Source of the DNA: Orbicella franksi
Lineage: Eukaryota
Reading direction: 5' to 3'
Assembly (NCBI GenBank): GCA_964199315.1
Contig: OZ116712.1
Location: forward strand, 20,212,001 to 20,276,000
DNA: 64,000 nucleotides
Shown one piece after another: positions 1-12,200 of this stretch. The position numbers and the translations under genes were made by a program. How positions within the stretch are numbered: the stretch's first letter is position 1; each line of letters opens with the position of its first letter. Under the pieces are notes generated by a model, which saw only the letters and a program-made list of their open reading frames with translations, ran no database searches and was not told the DNA's origin.

Positions 1-1837
1 TAGTCCCTTGTACAATATGATCAATGGTATACCATGCCAAAGGATTTCATTGCTATTTTCTACTATAATATAAATGAGACTCTCTGTGGATAATAATTAA
101 TTTGAAGTTGGGGATAGTTAAAATTTTAACAATTCCAGTGACTCGAGTGAGAATAAACTTTCTGATATAACACCAACAGTTTTGGTTACAAAATGAAACA
201 TTTGTGGAAACGTTGTTAGGAAAAATTTATTGCTACCTGTAGAGAGACTTGCAGTTAGGTTTCATTGATTGATAATTATTCTATGCCTCTGTTGATTTTC
301 GTGTTAGTTATAGATGCTACTGCTTTAGTGCAAGGTAGTGTCAATGTTTTGAATTATATGGACTTGTTTTGCCTTCAGATTATACAAATACTTTACTTTT
401 GCTATAAACACTAAATATTCAAGTGCATTTTGCCTGTTTTCAAAGTATAATTTTAAAGATTTGATTGCATTCTTGTAAAATAAAAGGAGGCAACAAACTG
501 TCATTTTAACAGTTAAGTGGGATAAGGGGCCACGCAGTAAAGATTAGTTTTCGTATCAAATATAAGAGGGTTTCTTGTTCTAAGAGTGTCAATATCAGGG
601 TAAAATAATTTTACTGTCCATCTCAATTCAGAGGCATAATAATTATTCAATATTAACTTGTTTATCTTTGTATTGTATATTTTTTATACCACACATACTT
701 CAGATATTTTTGTAAAGCTGCAGTCCAAGTGTCAAACAAAAGGGTTGGTTATTAGCTTTTCAACATAACTGATAGTGACAATAAAAAAGTGTATTTTGTA
801 CTCCGTCATGTCTGTTTTAGTTACAACGTACAACTCGGTGTAGGTGGGTACAACTTGTCTTCACTCAGTTGTCATGGCTATGTGAGCTATCATCCCTAGA
901 TAGTGGACTTGTATATGAAAAGGTTGGGGATGCTCGTGCAGTCGCAGGGTTTTCAATTTGAAATAAAGTAGCAGGAGGAAATATTAAAGTAGGTGGAGCA
1001 CTACTGGGTCATGATAAAAGCAGCCATATGTGTGTGGGGAATCAAAGAGTTCCGAAGTGGGTTACCCTGTCTGACAAGGGAAGGGGGGATGGGTGCGGGC
1101 TCTGGAAAATTCCTAAAATCTGTGTGCCTTGAGGTGCATTCTGTCCAGTTATTTCCTTGGAAAGATAACGGTGAATCACAAATGCATATTAAAAAACTGT
1201 GTACAAAAAGTATGCAGCACAAATCCTTGAAGTAATGGATGACTTGCGTTGGGCACTGGCTTATTTTGAAAACCCTGCACTTAGAGAAACAGTAAAACTC
1301 TTATTTGCATTTTTAGGCTAGTGCAGGCTTCGTCACTGAACAGCAGCTGGTAATGAAGCCTATTCCATTTGAAGTTGTATTATTTAGGGGTCATGTAAAG
1401 CTCGAGTCATGCTCAGATTGGCCTCCTCTAGGGTTTTAATTCAAACTTTACAATTAGCATCCCAACCATTTCACATGGGAATCCCCCCACGGCCATCATC
1501 TCATCTTGGGCAGGGCAGTTACCATCTACACAAAAATCTGGTCAGAATGAAAAAAGCCTTGTAGTGAGTATGGTTTGACAAAATTAATGGTACTTTGGTT
1601 GGGTTTTGATGTACAAGGATTTCAGCTTTCTTTGGAAACCATTCACGGAAATAAGCCATACTATTTGAAGTTGTAAACAGAACATTTTTGCTTTCGTGGC
1701 AAATGTAAAACAACCCTAGTTGGTAAGCCACAATCCCAGGAGACCCAGGTACTGTATGTCCACCATCCCAGGAAGCCCAGGGAGCCCAGGGACTGTAAAG
1801 AGCACTGCCCCAGGGAACCAAGGTACTGTAAATCCAG

Positions 1838-2064
1838 GGGCCCGTTTCTCGAAAGCCTCAGAATCTTTTTGGACCTGAAAAGCCATTTTTAGTTAATCAG
1901 TATTTAAAAACAAGAGGTGTATACGCTTGAAACTTCTTGTATGAACAGAACCTCTGTTCGTGTTAAGAGTATATGAATAAAACAGCTCGGTAGTCAGAAG
2001 GTTTGAGATTTTGCTACGGCTTTTCGGGTGCGAAAACTTTTCGGGACCTTCGAGAAACGGGCCC
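1838..2064. mobile_element. MITE with terminal inverted repeats and 3-bp TSD (PIF/Harbinger-like)
   Basis: GGGCCCGTTTCTCGAA at the left and TTCGAGAAACGGGCCC at the right; CAG duplicated at 1835-1837 and 2065-2067. Confidence 0.85.
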
Positions 2065-2468
2065 CAGGACTGCAGGTAAGTATGGACAAGATGGAAGTCA
2101 ATACAAGAGCAAAAACGTTTAATTTCATCTTGTCTTGAGCTAGAAGCTTGCAGGTTATGTGTAAGCTTTTAGAAAGAAGTGTCGCGAATCACAACAGAAA
2201 AAACACAATTTTGCTATTTTTCATCACCAAGGGAACCATTTTTATTTGATCTGACTTTTTTTCTGGTACATATTCAACCAGCCACTAGCATGGCTATAGT
2301 AAAACAACAGTATCATCTTGGCATTGTGAACAGACTGTGCTTGACATAGATCTGACGCTGGCAATGTTACTGGTGATCAAATCTTGTTCCACAAGGTGAG
2401 AGACTAGAGATTGTGAAAGGACAATATAACATAGCAGTACAAGAACAACAAGCAGGGTTAGCCAAAGT

Positions 2469-5400
2469 TCATTCGTCCACATCTTCGCCATTCTTACTCT
2501 CTGCTGCCACAGCATCACTTGCTTTATTAGATGCCTGTGCAAAAAAAACAAAAAAAATGAATAAATAAATAAAATTGTTTTCACATTAAGTAGGTAACTG
2601 TAAATTTATTAAGGTAAAGTCTGCATACAAGCCAAGTAGCCCATCAGGCTGGAGCTTATCCCGGTTTCTGTAGCATGAAGCAACTAGGAGTATTTCTACT
2701 CTGCCCAGTATTTGTGAATAACCGTGTACCATGCAATTAAATGAAACAGTTAATTGAATCCTGGGACTATAGTATAATCAAGGAAGTAAAGACAATATTT
2801 CATTCACCTTCTTTTTCTTTCGTTTTTGAGTTTTCCTACTAGCTGATGTTGCTAGGATGGCCTGCAAAGTATATAACAAGAAACTTGAGAAAAAGGTTTA
2901 ATCGAAAATAATTAACATCACAAGCATGCAAACAGAAATAGCAAATATTTTTAAGACAAATTGACCAGGGACATTCTGTAGTTGAAACTCAAAAATTTCA
3001 TACATTAGCAAAAAATTAACTTCACCATTTGTAAAATGTCTCTTGAAGTCAAACATTAGACACATTTTAAAGTAAAGATTTCTTGTAAATTCCTAAACTG
3101 AAAACTAAAGAAACTGTAAATTATATAATGTTCAATATGTTACCTTTATATCTGGATCCTTTATTGAATGTTCTGAATGTATTACTTCCGGATCAAAAGG
3201 TCCTTGCGTTATCCTAAGAAAAAACAAAGTCAAGATTTTAGTAGATTGAATTCGGTATAGGAATAACTCATTATTTTATGCCCTCATATATAATTTATGT
3301 GACCTTTTTGGCTTCATATATTAGAGATTTCAGGGTCAAGATAAACTTTGAAGTAATGTCTCAGCTTTAAAATTTAAGAGATACATGTATACAACTCGGG
3401 GTATCACTCCATCAACATTTTCATCAGGAGGACAACTGGTTTTCACAGACAGCCAAAACTTTTTGAACTGAAATTCTTTATAAGGAAAACTTTCATCTAG
3501 ATGCTCAAACCAGGCAGGCACAACTGTCCCCACAGCCTGTCAATTTGCCAAATGCCTGACCCCTAATGAAACCCCTGCAACTTAGTGTTATTTCCAACAT
3601 GACATGACTGTGATGTGAAAACATTACTGCAAACCATTCCTAAGGATACCCTACCTGATTGGTCCATTTGGCATAAGTAACAATGTGAATTTGAACTGCG
3701 CTACATATTCACCTGTGGTAAAACAAAAGTGCAGTACAAATTTTGAGTGCCACTGGCAAGAAAAAAAAAGACAAAAAATAAGAAGATTAAGACCCAAAGA
3801 AAAATGGCAGAGAATAGCGGGGAAGCAGAGAAATTATTTTGGTTGGGAGAGGTCAAGTACACTACAACACTGGGACAACAATGTTTGCGCACTATGTGAC
3901 ACGAAAAGGATCAATGTTGATGATGCTGATTGCATATTTATTTGTCTAATGATGACTCCCAAATTTGCTAATAACAACAATACCTATCTAACCATCAATT
4001 TGTATTAATTTGTCTAAGTATATTCAGAATTAATATTTTTTCTACTGACCTTCTTTTTCCCAAAGAACATTGAAAGGTTCTAGAAGACTGTGTTTAACGC
4101 ATTCCACAACACCCATTCTTGCCTTTTTCTCATCCTCAAACGCTCTGTAAAAAGAGTGCAATCAGAGATCAACATTCATCACCTGAAGAGGTGTCGGCTG
4201 ACAGAGCTTCCTTTGAATACATCAAAAGAAACATAATGGAAAAAGAAGACAGGAAAGTCAGATACAATATTATTATAGTTTTAGAAACACAATAAGATTC
4301 ACCTACCTTAGTGTAAATGGCATGGCAGTGAATTTATTAGTAACCTCACTGAAAAAAACTACAATAGAGCCAAGAGTTAACAACAAACAACAATAACTAT
4401 TTACACTCTTTTACTCAACTGCAACCTTAACCTCGTTTAATCTGTATTAGAACATTCCTTGTAGACTAGCACCTAACCATGCTACATAGTTACACTGAAT
4501 AATTTAATATCTTAGTCTTCTACAATTTTTTCACTCTAGAAACCCAATCAGACCTGCATCATCCAGTGATAATCCTACATGTATACATTTTTCTATAAGT
4601 AAGTTAGATATCAGGAAACACACTTTTCCATTGTAAATCATTCGGTGAACATCTGAGCCAGATGGCTACCACACTTTTACTGTACATTTTAATCTTAATG
4701 CCAAAATTTCTCATACACAGAATGCTTCAATTTAAAATTTCCATGTTGTATTTTTTTTCATGAAAGTGGCCATACATATAGAAGTGACAATAATTGTTCA
4801 CAGTTGTACCTCTAGAAGCCTTCATTTTCAAGCTGTAATTGTTCTCAGTTTTCTTGTACACCGTTGTGCGTGTATCCTTTTCTTTAGTTTTGCCTTCTCC
4901 AGTACTTATGAGGAGATCGACAGCAAAAACGTCATGTACAGAAAATTCACACTTGGTATGGTCTTTCCTGTCACAAAAGAAAAATTTATAACAAAAATAA
5001 TTATTATAAATGAATTGTTATAAGATCAACAGCAATAATATTTGAAGGGACGCCTTGAAAAAATCTGTAAGTGACTCCTGATAAATTGCTAGATTCTCCT
5101 TCCAGATTGCCTTATTTTCCCTTGTGAAACACAAGGAGAATTTGATGTTCCATCAACAGTCACTTGGACCTTATTCAACACACTAATTCATTTATAGTGT
5201 ACATGAAGACTCAATGTGGTTTCTATCTGCCATTAGAGTTGCTACTCTATCAGGACAAAGTGCTAAGTCAACAAACATTAATTACCTTCACTGGCTAAAC
5301 CAATAGTAATAAGGTTACCTTTGTTGCTCTGTGGGATTCTGTATGATTGCCTTCTCGCCATCTATGATATTTCTTTTCAGTTCATGGGATAACATACCTT

Positions 5401-8400
5401 AAAAATTAAAATTAAATTACCTTGAACTTGTTCAAAAGTTGTAAAGCAGAAGAATATTATTTAAACACTGAAAAAGGTAAACTGTAGTTGAGGTGGTAGA
5501 CTTGACCATAAAAAGTCTATGTTTCAATGATAAGCATTTCTCAAATTAAGAAAACTGGCTTTAGTAAAACATATTAGGCCACGAAATATTAAGCTTAAGA
5601 GTAAGAAACATTGATATCACAGACTGTTGACAATTTTTCACACATGAGGTGACATTAATCCATTTGAATTGAAAGGTTCAAGATTGCCACTTTTTGAATT
5701 CAGAGCTGTACCTTCAAAGGGCTGACTAAAGAGGAATGCAGGAGTTTATTTCTATCAGGACTGCAAATAACATACCTTCAACCGGCTTGCATTGAAATGC
5801 CTCTGCTACTTTCTGTATATGATCTGTAACCGTGTAGTTCTGCAATAGGTTCAATAATCATTCAATATAACTGGTCAATTGTGTAACTGCATGTGTTCAG
5901 TACAGAACTTGAATAGGAAGGATGATACAAAACTGTACGTCAATTTCTCGTAATAATATTGATTGCTCAATCTAGGGTAGAATAACGGGGAAAAATGTTT
6001 GACTCTCTAAAAATAGGTGCCCCTCTAAAGTGAGTGTACCTTTAATGGTACATGCAAATTAAGAGGTCAAGTGGCCCTCTTTGAAAAGCATAAGCATCTA
6101 GGAGTACTTTTTCCTGTACGGAGTGCTAGTCCATTGCAAGATTGTTCACCTCTCTCCAACCATCTCTAAAGTGCGTACCTCTCTAACTATGAAATTAACA
6201 CCTCAGACTACACTCAGTGCACAATATTACTCTGAAATAGAGGGCTTAAACTTACATAAATAAATTTTATGTATCGTAATTAGTTACCAAAGCAAAAGAT
6301 ATTTTCTCTAAGCTTACCTCATTACCGGCTTTCACCAGTCTTTGTGCTACTTCAGATGCTAAGTATGCAGCTTGAAGAACATCAGCTTTTCGGCCTGTTA
6401 CTTTATTGTCCTACAATGATAAGTCAACAGATACACACCATTTCTGATTATTTGATGCACCATTTGTTACTAAAGAAATGGCAATACTTCTGCTTGAACA
6501 TAAGATACCAAAAGGTTGATGTACAAATTCAAAATCAAGAATTCAAACTTTACTTTTGAAGCACCAACAACAATTGTGTGTCCTACTACTGCAATATAGC
6601 CGTCAATATGAACGCCGAGGTCTCTGTAGAAACAAACAAACTTACAAGTTAAAACAATACTCACCATGAACACCAACGGCCATAGCTAATAATTAGACAG
6701 GCTGCATTCAACAAATGGTAAGGCGTTTATAAGCCAGATCCTGATGTATAAGATTTTTAGAATGTTGAGAAATGATTCTGTAGTTGTAGGGCCATACCTG
6801 TGGGGCACATTATTATGACCAGGTCTGTCAATAAGGGCCATCACCTGAAGCACCTGTTACAAGTGAGCATGCTTGATGGGCTCTTGATGCTATAGGTGAA
6901 CTTACCTGTAGTTGATATAATTCACCCATAAAGTACCAAGTTTGTTACAGGTGTGAAGATCAAGGATACAGACAAATCAAAACTTAATGACAGCCCTGAT
7001 GGTCATTCCACAGTACCACGCTGAAAGTATAACACACAAACCAACTTACATTTTTACAAGGTCTCCATCATCAAGTGTGATATCAGGTTCACTCAAAAGC
7101 GGTGAAAAATGGCAAACGCAATTGTTCACTGAGATACACGTTGGGAAAGCAATACCTGGTGGTACAAAAGAGAAAGTCCCATGAAGAACAAAACCATTTA
7201 CTAGTTAAAAGTACATAAACAGTCAGCTTTTTAAAAGTTTCAAGAAAAATAGCTGATAATTTGCTTTAAAATTAAACTATACCTTTCTTCAGTTCTTTTT
7301 CTTTCTTGTAAACTTTGCTCGTTTCCTCTTCAATAAGATTATCTCCCATTTGGCATAATGTCCGTGCTGTAGTTTCTTCAGTTGCAGCATCTATTAGTTT
7401 CTTCAAAACACCTTTGGAGTAAAAGATATATCGGTCAGTAAGAAACTATTCAGTGCAAATCCCGCTGATTTCTCTCCCTCACATCCTGTTTATAGGCCTC
7501 CCAGATTTAAATTATGGTGTTCCAGAAAACATCCACACACTATACCCCTTCCATGGCAGGTTTTTTTTTTCTGGATTTAACCACCCACCCCTCTGGAAAT
7601 TCCAGTTTTGTTTCACAGTTTCCTCAACATATTTGAGCTTTTTTTTAGACCCCATCCCCTATTGGACTTTCTAATACCTCTTCTCGGGGCTGGTATGAAA
7701 TATTTTCAGGAACAAAACATTGCTAAAATTTGATCTACTAAAAGAAAATCCTTTCCAGTTCAGCTCTGAGCACATAAACTGTCCCTCTTGGAGGTACATC
7801 ATAACTCCCTCTTCCCTAACCCACTCTCCTCCCTAAGATTTCAAAAGGCTTACACACTTTATTGTGCAGTTCCAGAAAATATCCATACTCCCCCAAGAAA
7901 AGGGATTAAAATCTCCCAGGGATAAGAGGTTTCTCTAAGACCAAAACATTTAAAGCAATGTATCAAGCTTAATTGGAATTTCCGGAGGTGTGGGGGGGTC
8001 TTGAAAAAGAATCCCTTCTATGGGGTGGGGGGGGGGGGGGCGTATGGATATTTTCTAGAACTACACATTGTGATTTTTAAATAAACACATGTACTGATGT
8101 AATAGAAACCGCATTATCCAAAATGGATTTTCCCAGATTTGTCAATAATTTTTCTTTGTGGCCGTGAATTTATTGTGGCGTCCTTGTATTCAAGTTTTTG
8201 TTGATTTAGTGCCTTGATAACTCAGACTGTTCTCTCAAAGACCTAACATGCCTGGATATGGTGGTATCATGGTATATCCCTTTGCAACCTCAATCCACAT
8301 AATTTTATTTTCATAAGGTGGTAAGCACCAGTAAGATGGCATTATTTAATAATGATATACAAAGTAATCTAAAATCCATACATGTTACTCTTATATTCAA

Positions 8401-8929
8401 GAAAAAAAGAAGGTTTGAGATAAAACCTTATTATTCCAGCTTTTATACTGACAAATGTACATATACATAATTACACTCCTGTTGTTATCTTAAAGGGTGT
8501 CTCATTACGGTGTTCGGTAATACTAAAAGTCAAATTTTTCGCGCGGACAGTTCCTAACTAAAATGTACCACTATGCTAATTTTTAAGAACTCTTTACCGA
8601 AAAAGCATGAATGCATAGAGCAAGGACTTTATTGCTGAAGCGACAGGAATCTGTTCAACAAGAGCCCTTTATCTCGAAAAGAATGAACAAGGTTGAAATT
8701 TTATAAACAAGTAACAAGGCTGTAGCTGTCATAACGGTTACCTCATCTAATAATTTTGGAATTTTTCACTAAATATTCCTTCAGGAAAACGAAAGAGCCG
8801 ACCAACATATAGCTTATATTTTTACTTACGGTTAGCCATGTCGCCTGCCATTTTGTACTTCGTGACGACCACATCTTCAGCAATGGTAGGATCTTCCTCT
8901 TCTGCAGAATCGTTTCCTTTATCTGCCAT
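2469..8929 (-). CDS. PA2G4: Proliferation-associated protein 2G4 (EBP1), ~397 aa, 14 exons: 8929-8830, 7411-7283, 7155-7050, 6623-6554, 6410-6318, 5839-5776, 5397-5319, 4967-4810, 4358-4307, 4144-4050, 3712-3655, 3213-3144, 2861-2808, 2534-2469
   Basis: All introns GT-AG with consistent phases; CDS totals 1194 nt. Translation has hallmark PA2G4 stretches [102 protein letters not shown]. Confidence 0.96.
2611..2702 (-). mobile_element. Partial SINE (3' part) in the last PA2G4 intron
   Basis: Near-identical to 11004-11095 (GCCCATCAGGC.GGAGCTTATCC..TTTCTGTAGCATGAAGCAACTAG.AGTATTTCTACTC). Confidence 0.8.
7515..7720. mobile_element. Degenerate MITE, same terminal family as 7863-8067
   Basis: GTTCCAGAAAACATCCA at the left and GTATGAAATATTTTCAGGAAC at the right are imperfect inverted repeats. 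Confidence 0.6.
7863..8067. mobile_element. MITE in PA2G4 intron 1
   Basis: TGTGCAGTTCCAGAAAATATCCATAC and GTATGGATATTTTCTAGAACTACACA form a ~26-bp TIR. Confidence 0.85.
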
Positions 8930-9272
8930 TTTAACAAAAAAATGTTTGTACAAATGAACGAAAAACCATTCAAAGATGGCGGCACGTGCTGTGGAAGATG
9001 GTACCCAGGATTCACTGCTCAATGGGGGGTAATTTTCCACTTAGGGTACTCTGCAGGGGAAGACATAACAACACTCACCAGTAGACGGGAGAGATGGACT
9101 TTGTCACCTTGCGGTCATGCGATGCGAGGTTACGTGGACGAAGGTTTGTGAAATGGCACAAGATATCCATAGAAACTCTTTACAAACGGTTAAATATTGA
9201 TTGTTCGATCGTAATATCTCTATTTTTTGTTAACCTGGTTGTAAGCAGAATTCAGCAGACTTTAGAGAAACC
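8930..9272. promoter_or_regulatory. Bidirectional promoter region shared by PA2G4 and GMPPA
   Basis: Only 343 bp between divergent ATGs; YY1-type motif AAGATGGCGGC at 8973-8983 abuts E-box CACGTG at 8983-8988. Confidence 0.7.
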
Positions 9273-12200
9273 ATGATAAAAGTTGTAATTCTTATTGGAG
9301 GGCCAATGAAAGGTAAAACTCTTGTATGTGTTTTTACACGATTCTTCCAACTATTTTAGTTAGCTTACAGCTAACGTTATGTTTTCCGCTTTATAGGAAC
9401 AAGGTTCCGTCCTCTCTCTTTGGAGTTGCCTAAACCGTTGTTTCCTATTGGAGGATTTCCAGTCGTTTATCACCATATCGAAGCTTGCAAGAAGGTATAA
9501 CAAGCTATACATGTCAAGCTAAGCTGCAAGTGATGGAAAATCCAAGAAGTGAACTGGCGTGAATTATTATGTTTTGGGAATTATCAAAGGCAAATGCTGA
9601 AATGCAATTTGATCAATGATTTTAGATTTAGATTTAGATTTAGATTTAATGCTGCTGTGCAGTGTAGTGTCGGCAAACTTTTTGTTTTGTTTTTGGTGTG
9701 TCCTTGTTTAACGAAATTATGACAGTAGTAAAAGAAAAATAATAGTTTTATTTCTCTGGTGATGGTAATATCCATTTCATGTCATAAATGGCAGACACAT
9801 AAAGAAAAAAAGAGAAAAATTTTGGTGATAAATAAAAACACACATATCAACACATCTATCTAGAAATGTTCAAAATACTTTAAGCCTAGTTAAAGTTAAA
9901 ATGTCAGACATCTTCTCCCAAATCACAGAGAAGTTAGTCACCTTGGGGGTTAAGGCGAGACGGCATCTGACATTTCAGACTAAAACGCTTTTGGAGATTG
10001 TCGTAACATCCTCTGAAATCTTCAAACGTCTTCTGTTATGGTGTGATCTTCTTTAAAAATGCTGTTACTCACAGGATGAGAATCTCATGCTGGTGACTTG
10101 GAAAATGTTGGCGGTTTTATCTTTTCTATTGTCTTTTTCAGTGTGAGAAGAATAATAGTGTTATTGGTTGTGCAAAGTTAAAATAGATGCAGAGTACATG
10201 TACATGGGAGGAAAATGATCCTTCACTAATGTTTGGTTTATAATTTTTTTCAGATTCCTGAACTGAAAGAGATTATCTTAATTGGATTTTACCAGTCCAG
10301 TGAGAGTTTATCAAAGTTTATTCAGAATGCTCAACATGAATTTAATATTCCTATCAGGTACATTACACTTCCTGTCATTTTGAATTCACTGTAATCATAT
10401 TGTTAATCATATTGTGGAGGTGTGCAGGCTCACAGTTGTTGCGCTCACCTCTGGATCAAGTGGTCCAGGTTTGAGCCTTAGTTGGGGAGGTTTTATTGTG
10501 TTCTTGGGCAAGATGTTTTTCTCTCACAGTACCTCTCTCCACCCAGGCGTATGAATGGCAGGGCGTCGTGGGGGGGGGGGGGGGGAGTCCTGGGGTGCCC
10601 GTGATCCCCCCTTTTGTAAGCCTTTTGTAAGCAAACAGACTATAACAGGTGGCAAAATCGACATGACAGTCTGGCGAGTACCCTCACTTTGACACAGTGC
10701 GAACCCCACTTTGAAAAATTTTTGCTACACCCTGGAATGGGTACCGGCAAATTTAATGCTGGAGGTACTCCTGCAATGGACTAGCATGCCATCCAGGGGG
10801 GAGTAGAACATCATGCTACAGATGGGCTACTTGTCTCATATGGAGACTTTCCCTTACCTTACCTTACATAAAATATAGATGAAGGAAGATTGGGTTGCAT
10901 GAAACTTGTAACTGGACATATGCAAGAGTATCAGAATGAATGAGTGATATATCAAGATTCCTATTTTGTTTGAGGAAACCTTTTTAGCTTATCAAATGTA
11001 ATAAAAGTCTGGCATACGAGCCAAGTGGCCCATCAGGCCGGAGCTTATCCTGATTTCTGTAGCATGAAGCAACTAGAAGTATTTCTACTCCCTCCTGGAT
11101 GGGATGCTAGTTCATCACAGGGTTACCCCCCAGCATTAAATTAGAGAGGCACTGTGAGAGTAAAGTGTCTTGCCCAAGAATACAATGCAATGTCCCCTGT
11201 TAGGACTCGAACCTGGACCGCTCGATCAACAAACACACTAACCATGCTCAAGGCCACTAGACCTCCCTTTTTTTTTCTTTATCAAATGTGACTTTAATGA
11301 AATTTTTTGGCTTTAAAAGTAGTAAATATAAATTTAAGATACATGTACTTAAGCTTGCAAAATTATTCTACATAGATATCTCCAGGAATTCCAGCCTCTT
11401 GGCACCGCAGGAGGAATATATCACTTCAGAGACCAGATTGCTATGGGGGAACCAGAGGCATTTCTTGTACTGAATGCTGATATCATGGGAGACTACCCTC
11501 TCCTTGAATTTGTTGAATTTCACCGCAAACATCCAGGAGAACATTCCATTTTGGCTACAGAGGTGAGGACTTTTTTGAGTCTTGATTTTATTGTAAATGG
11601 CAAGTTTATTAATAATAATGTTATCTTTCATAACAAAAATGTTAATTTATGGTTTTCTGTGATGGGTAGCTAGTTTTTGATCCATTGCCACTAAGGCACT
11701 GCCATAGGTTTAAGGCCATTGATGTACAGTTTCCATTACACTTTGTTAAGAGCTGCTTATTCCACATCAATTTGCAATAGCTAGTGTTCTTATCTTGTTT
11801 TCTCAAGAGTGACAATAACCAGCCATATTAACCTCTAAGTTACCTTTTTCTATCAGGCCAACAAAAAACAAGCGCACAACTTTGGCTGTTTGGTAGAAGA
11901 CCCTGAGACCCACAAGGTTAGTGAATTTTGTTATTTTTGTCGTGTACCAGCTTGTTTATGGTATATTATTGTCTAAAATTGATCTTTATTTTATTAATAT
12001 TGACTCGAAAGGGGCTTAGTTGAAAAACCACATCATCATGGAATTCAGCTACACCTACAAGAAATCTCAACTTTTCTTGACATCTGGCAAACTAACTGAT
12101 TATTGACTCACCACAGAAGGTTCTGTTTCACTTAACAGTGATAATATTTCCCAGTCATCAATTTACTATTTCATATAGTCTGTTCCTTTCCACTACAGGT

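Noticed and set aside
5229-5292. C/D snoRNA candidates in PA2G4 intron 7 (and GMPPA intron 2, ~9530-9600)
   Set aside because: Imperfect C boxes, poor terminal stems, and no convincing rRNA complementarity of 10 nt or more.
9622-9648. (TTTAGA)n as interstitial telomere
   Set aside because: Only about four units and not the metazoan TTAGGG repeat; ordinary microsatellite.
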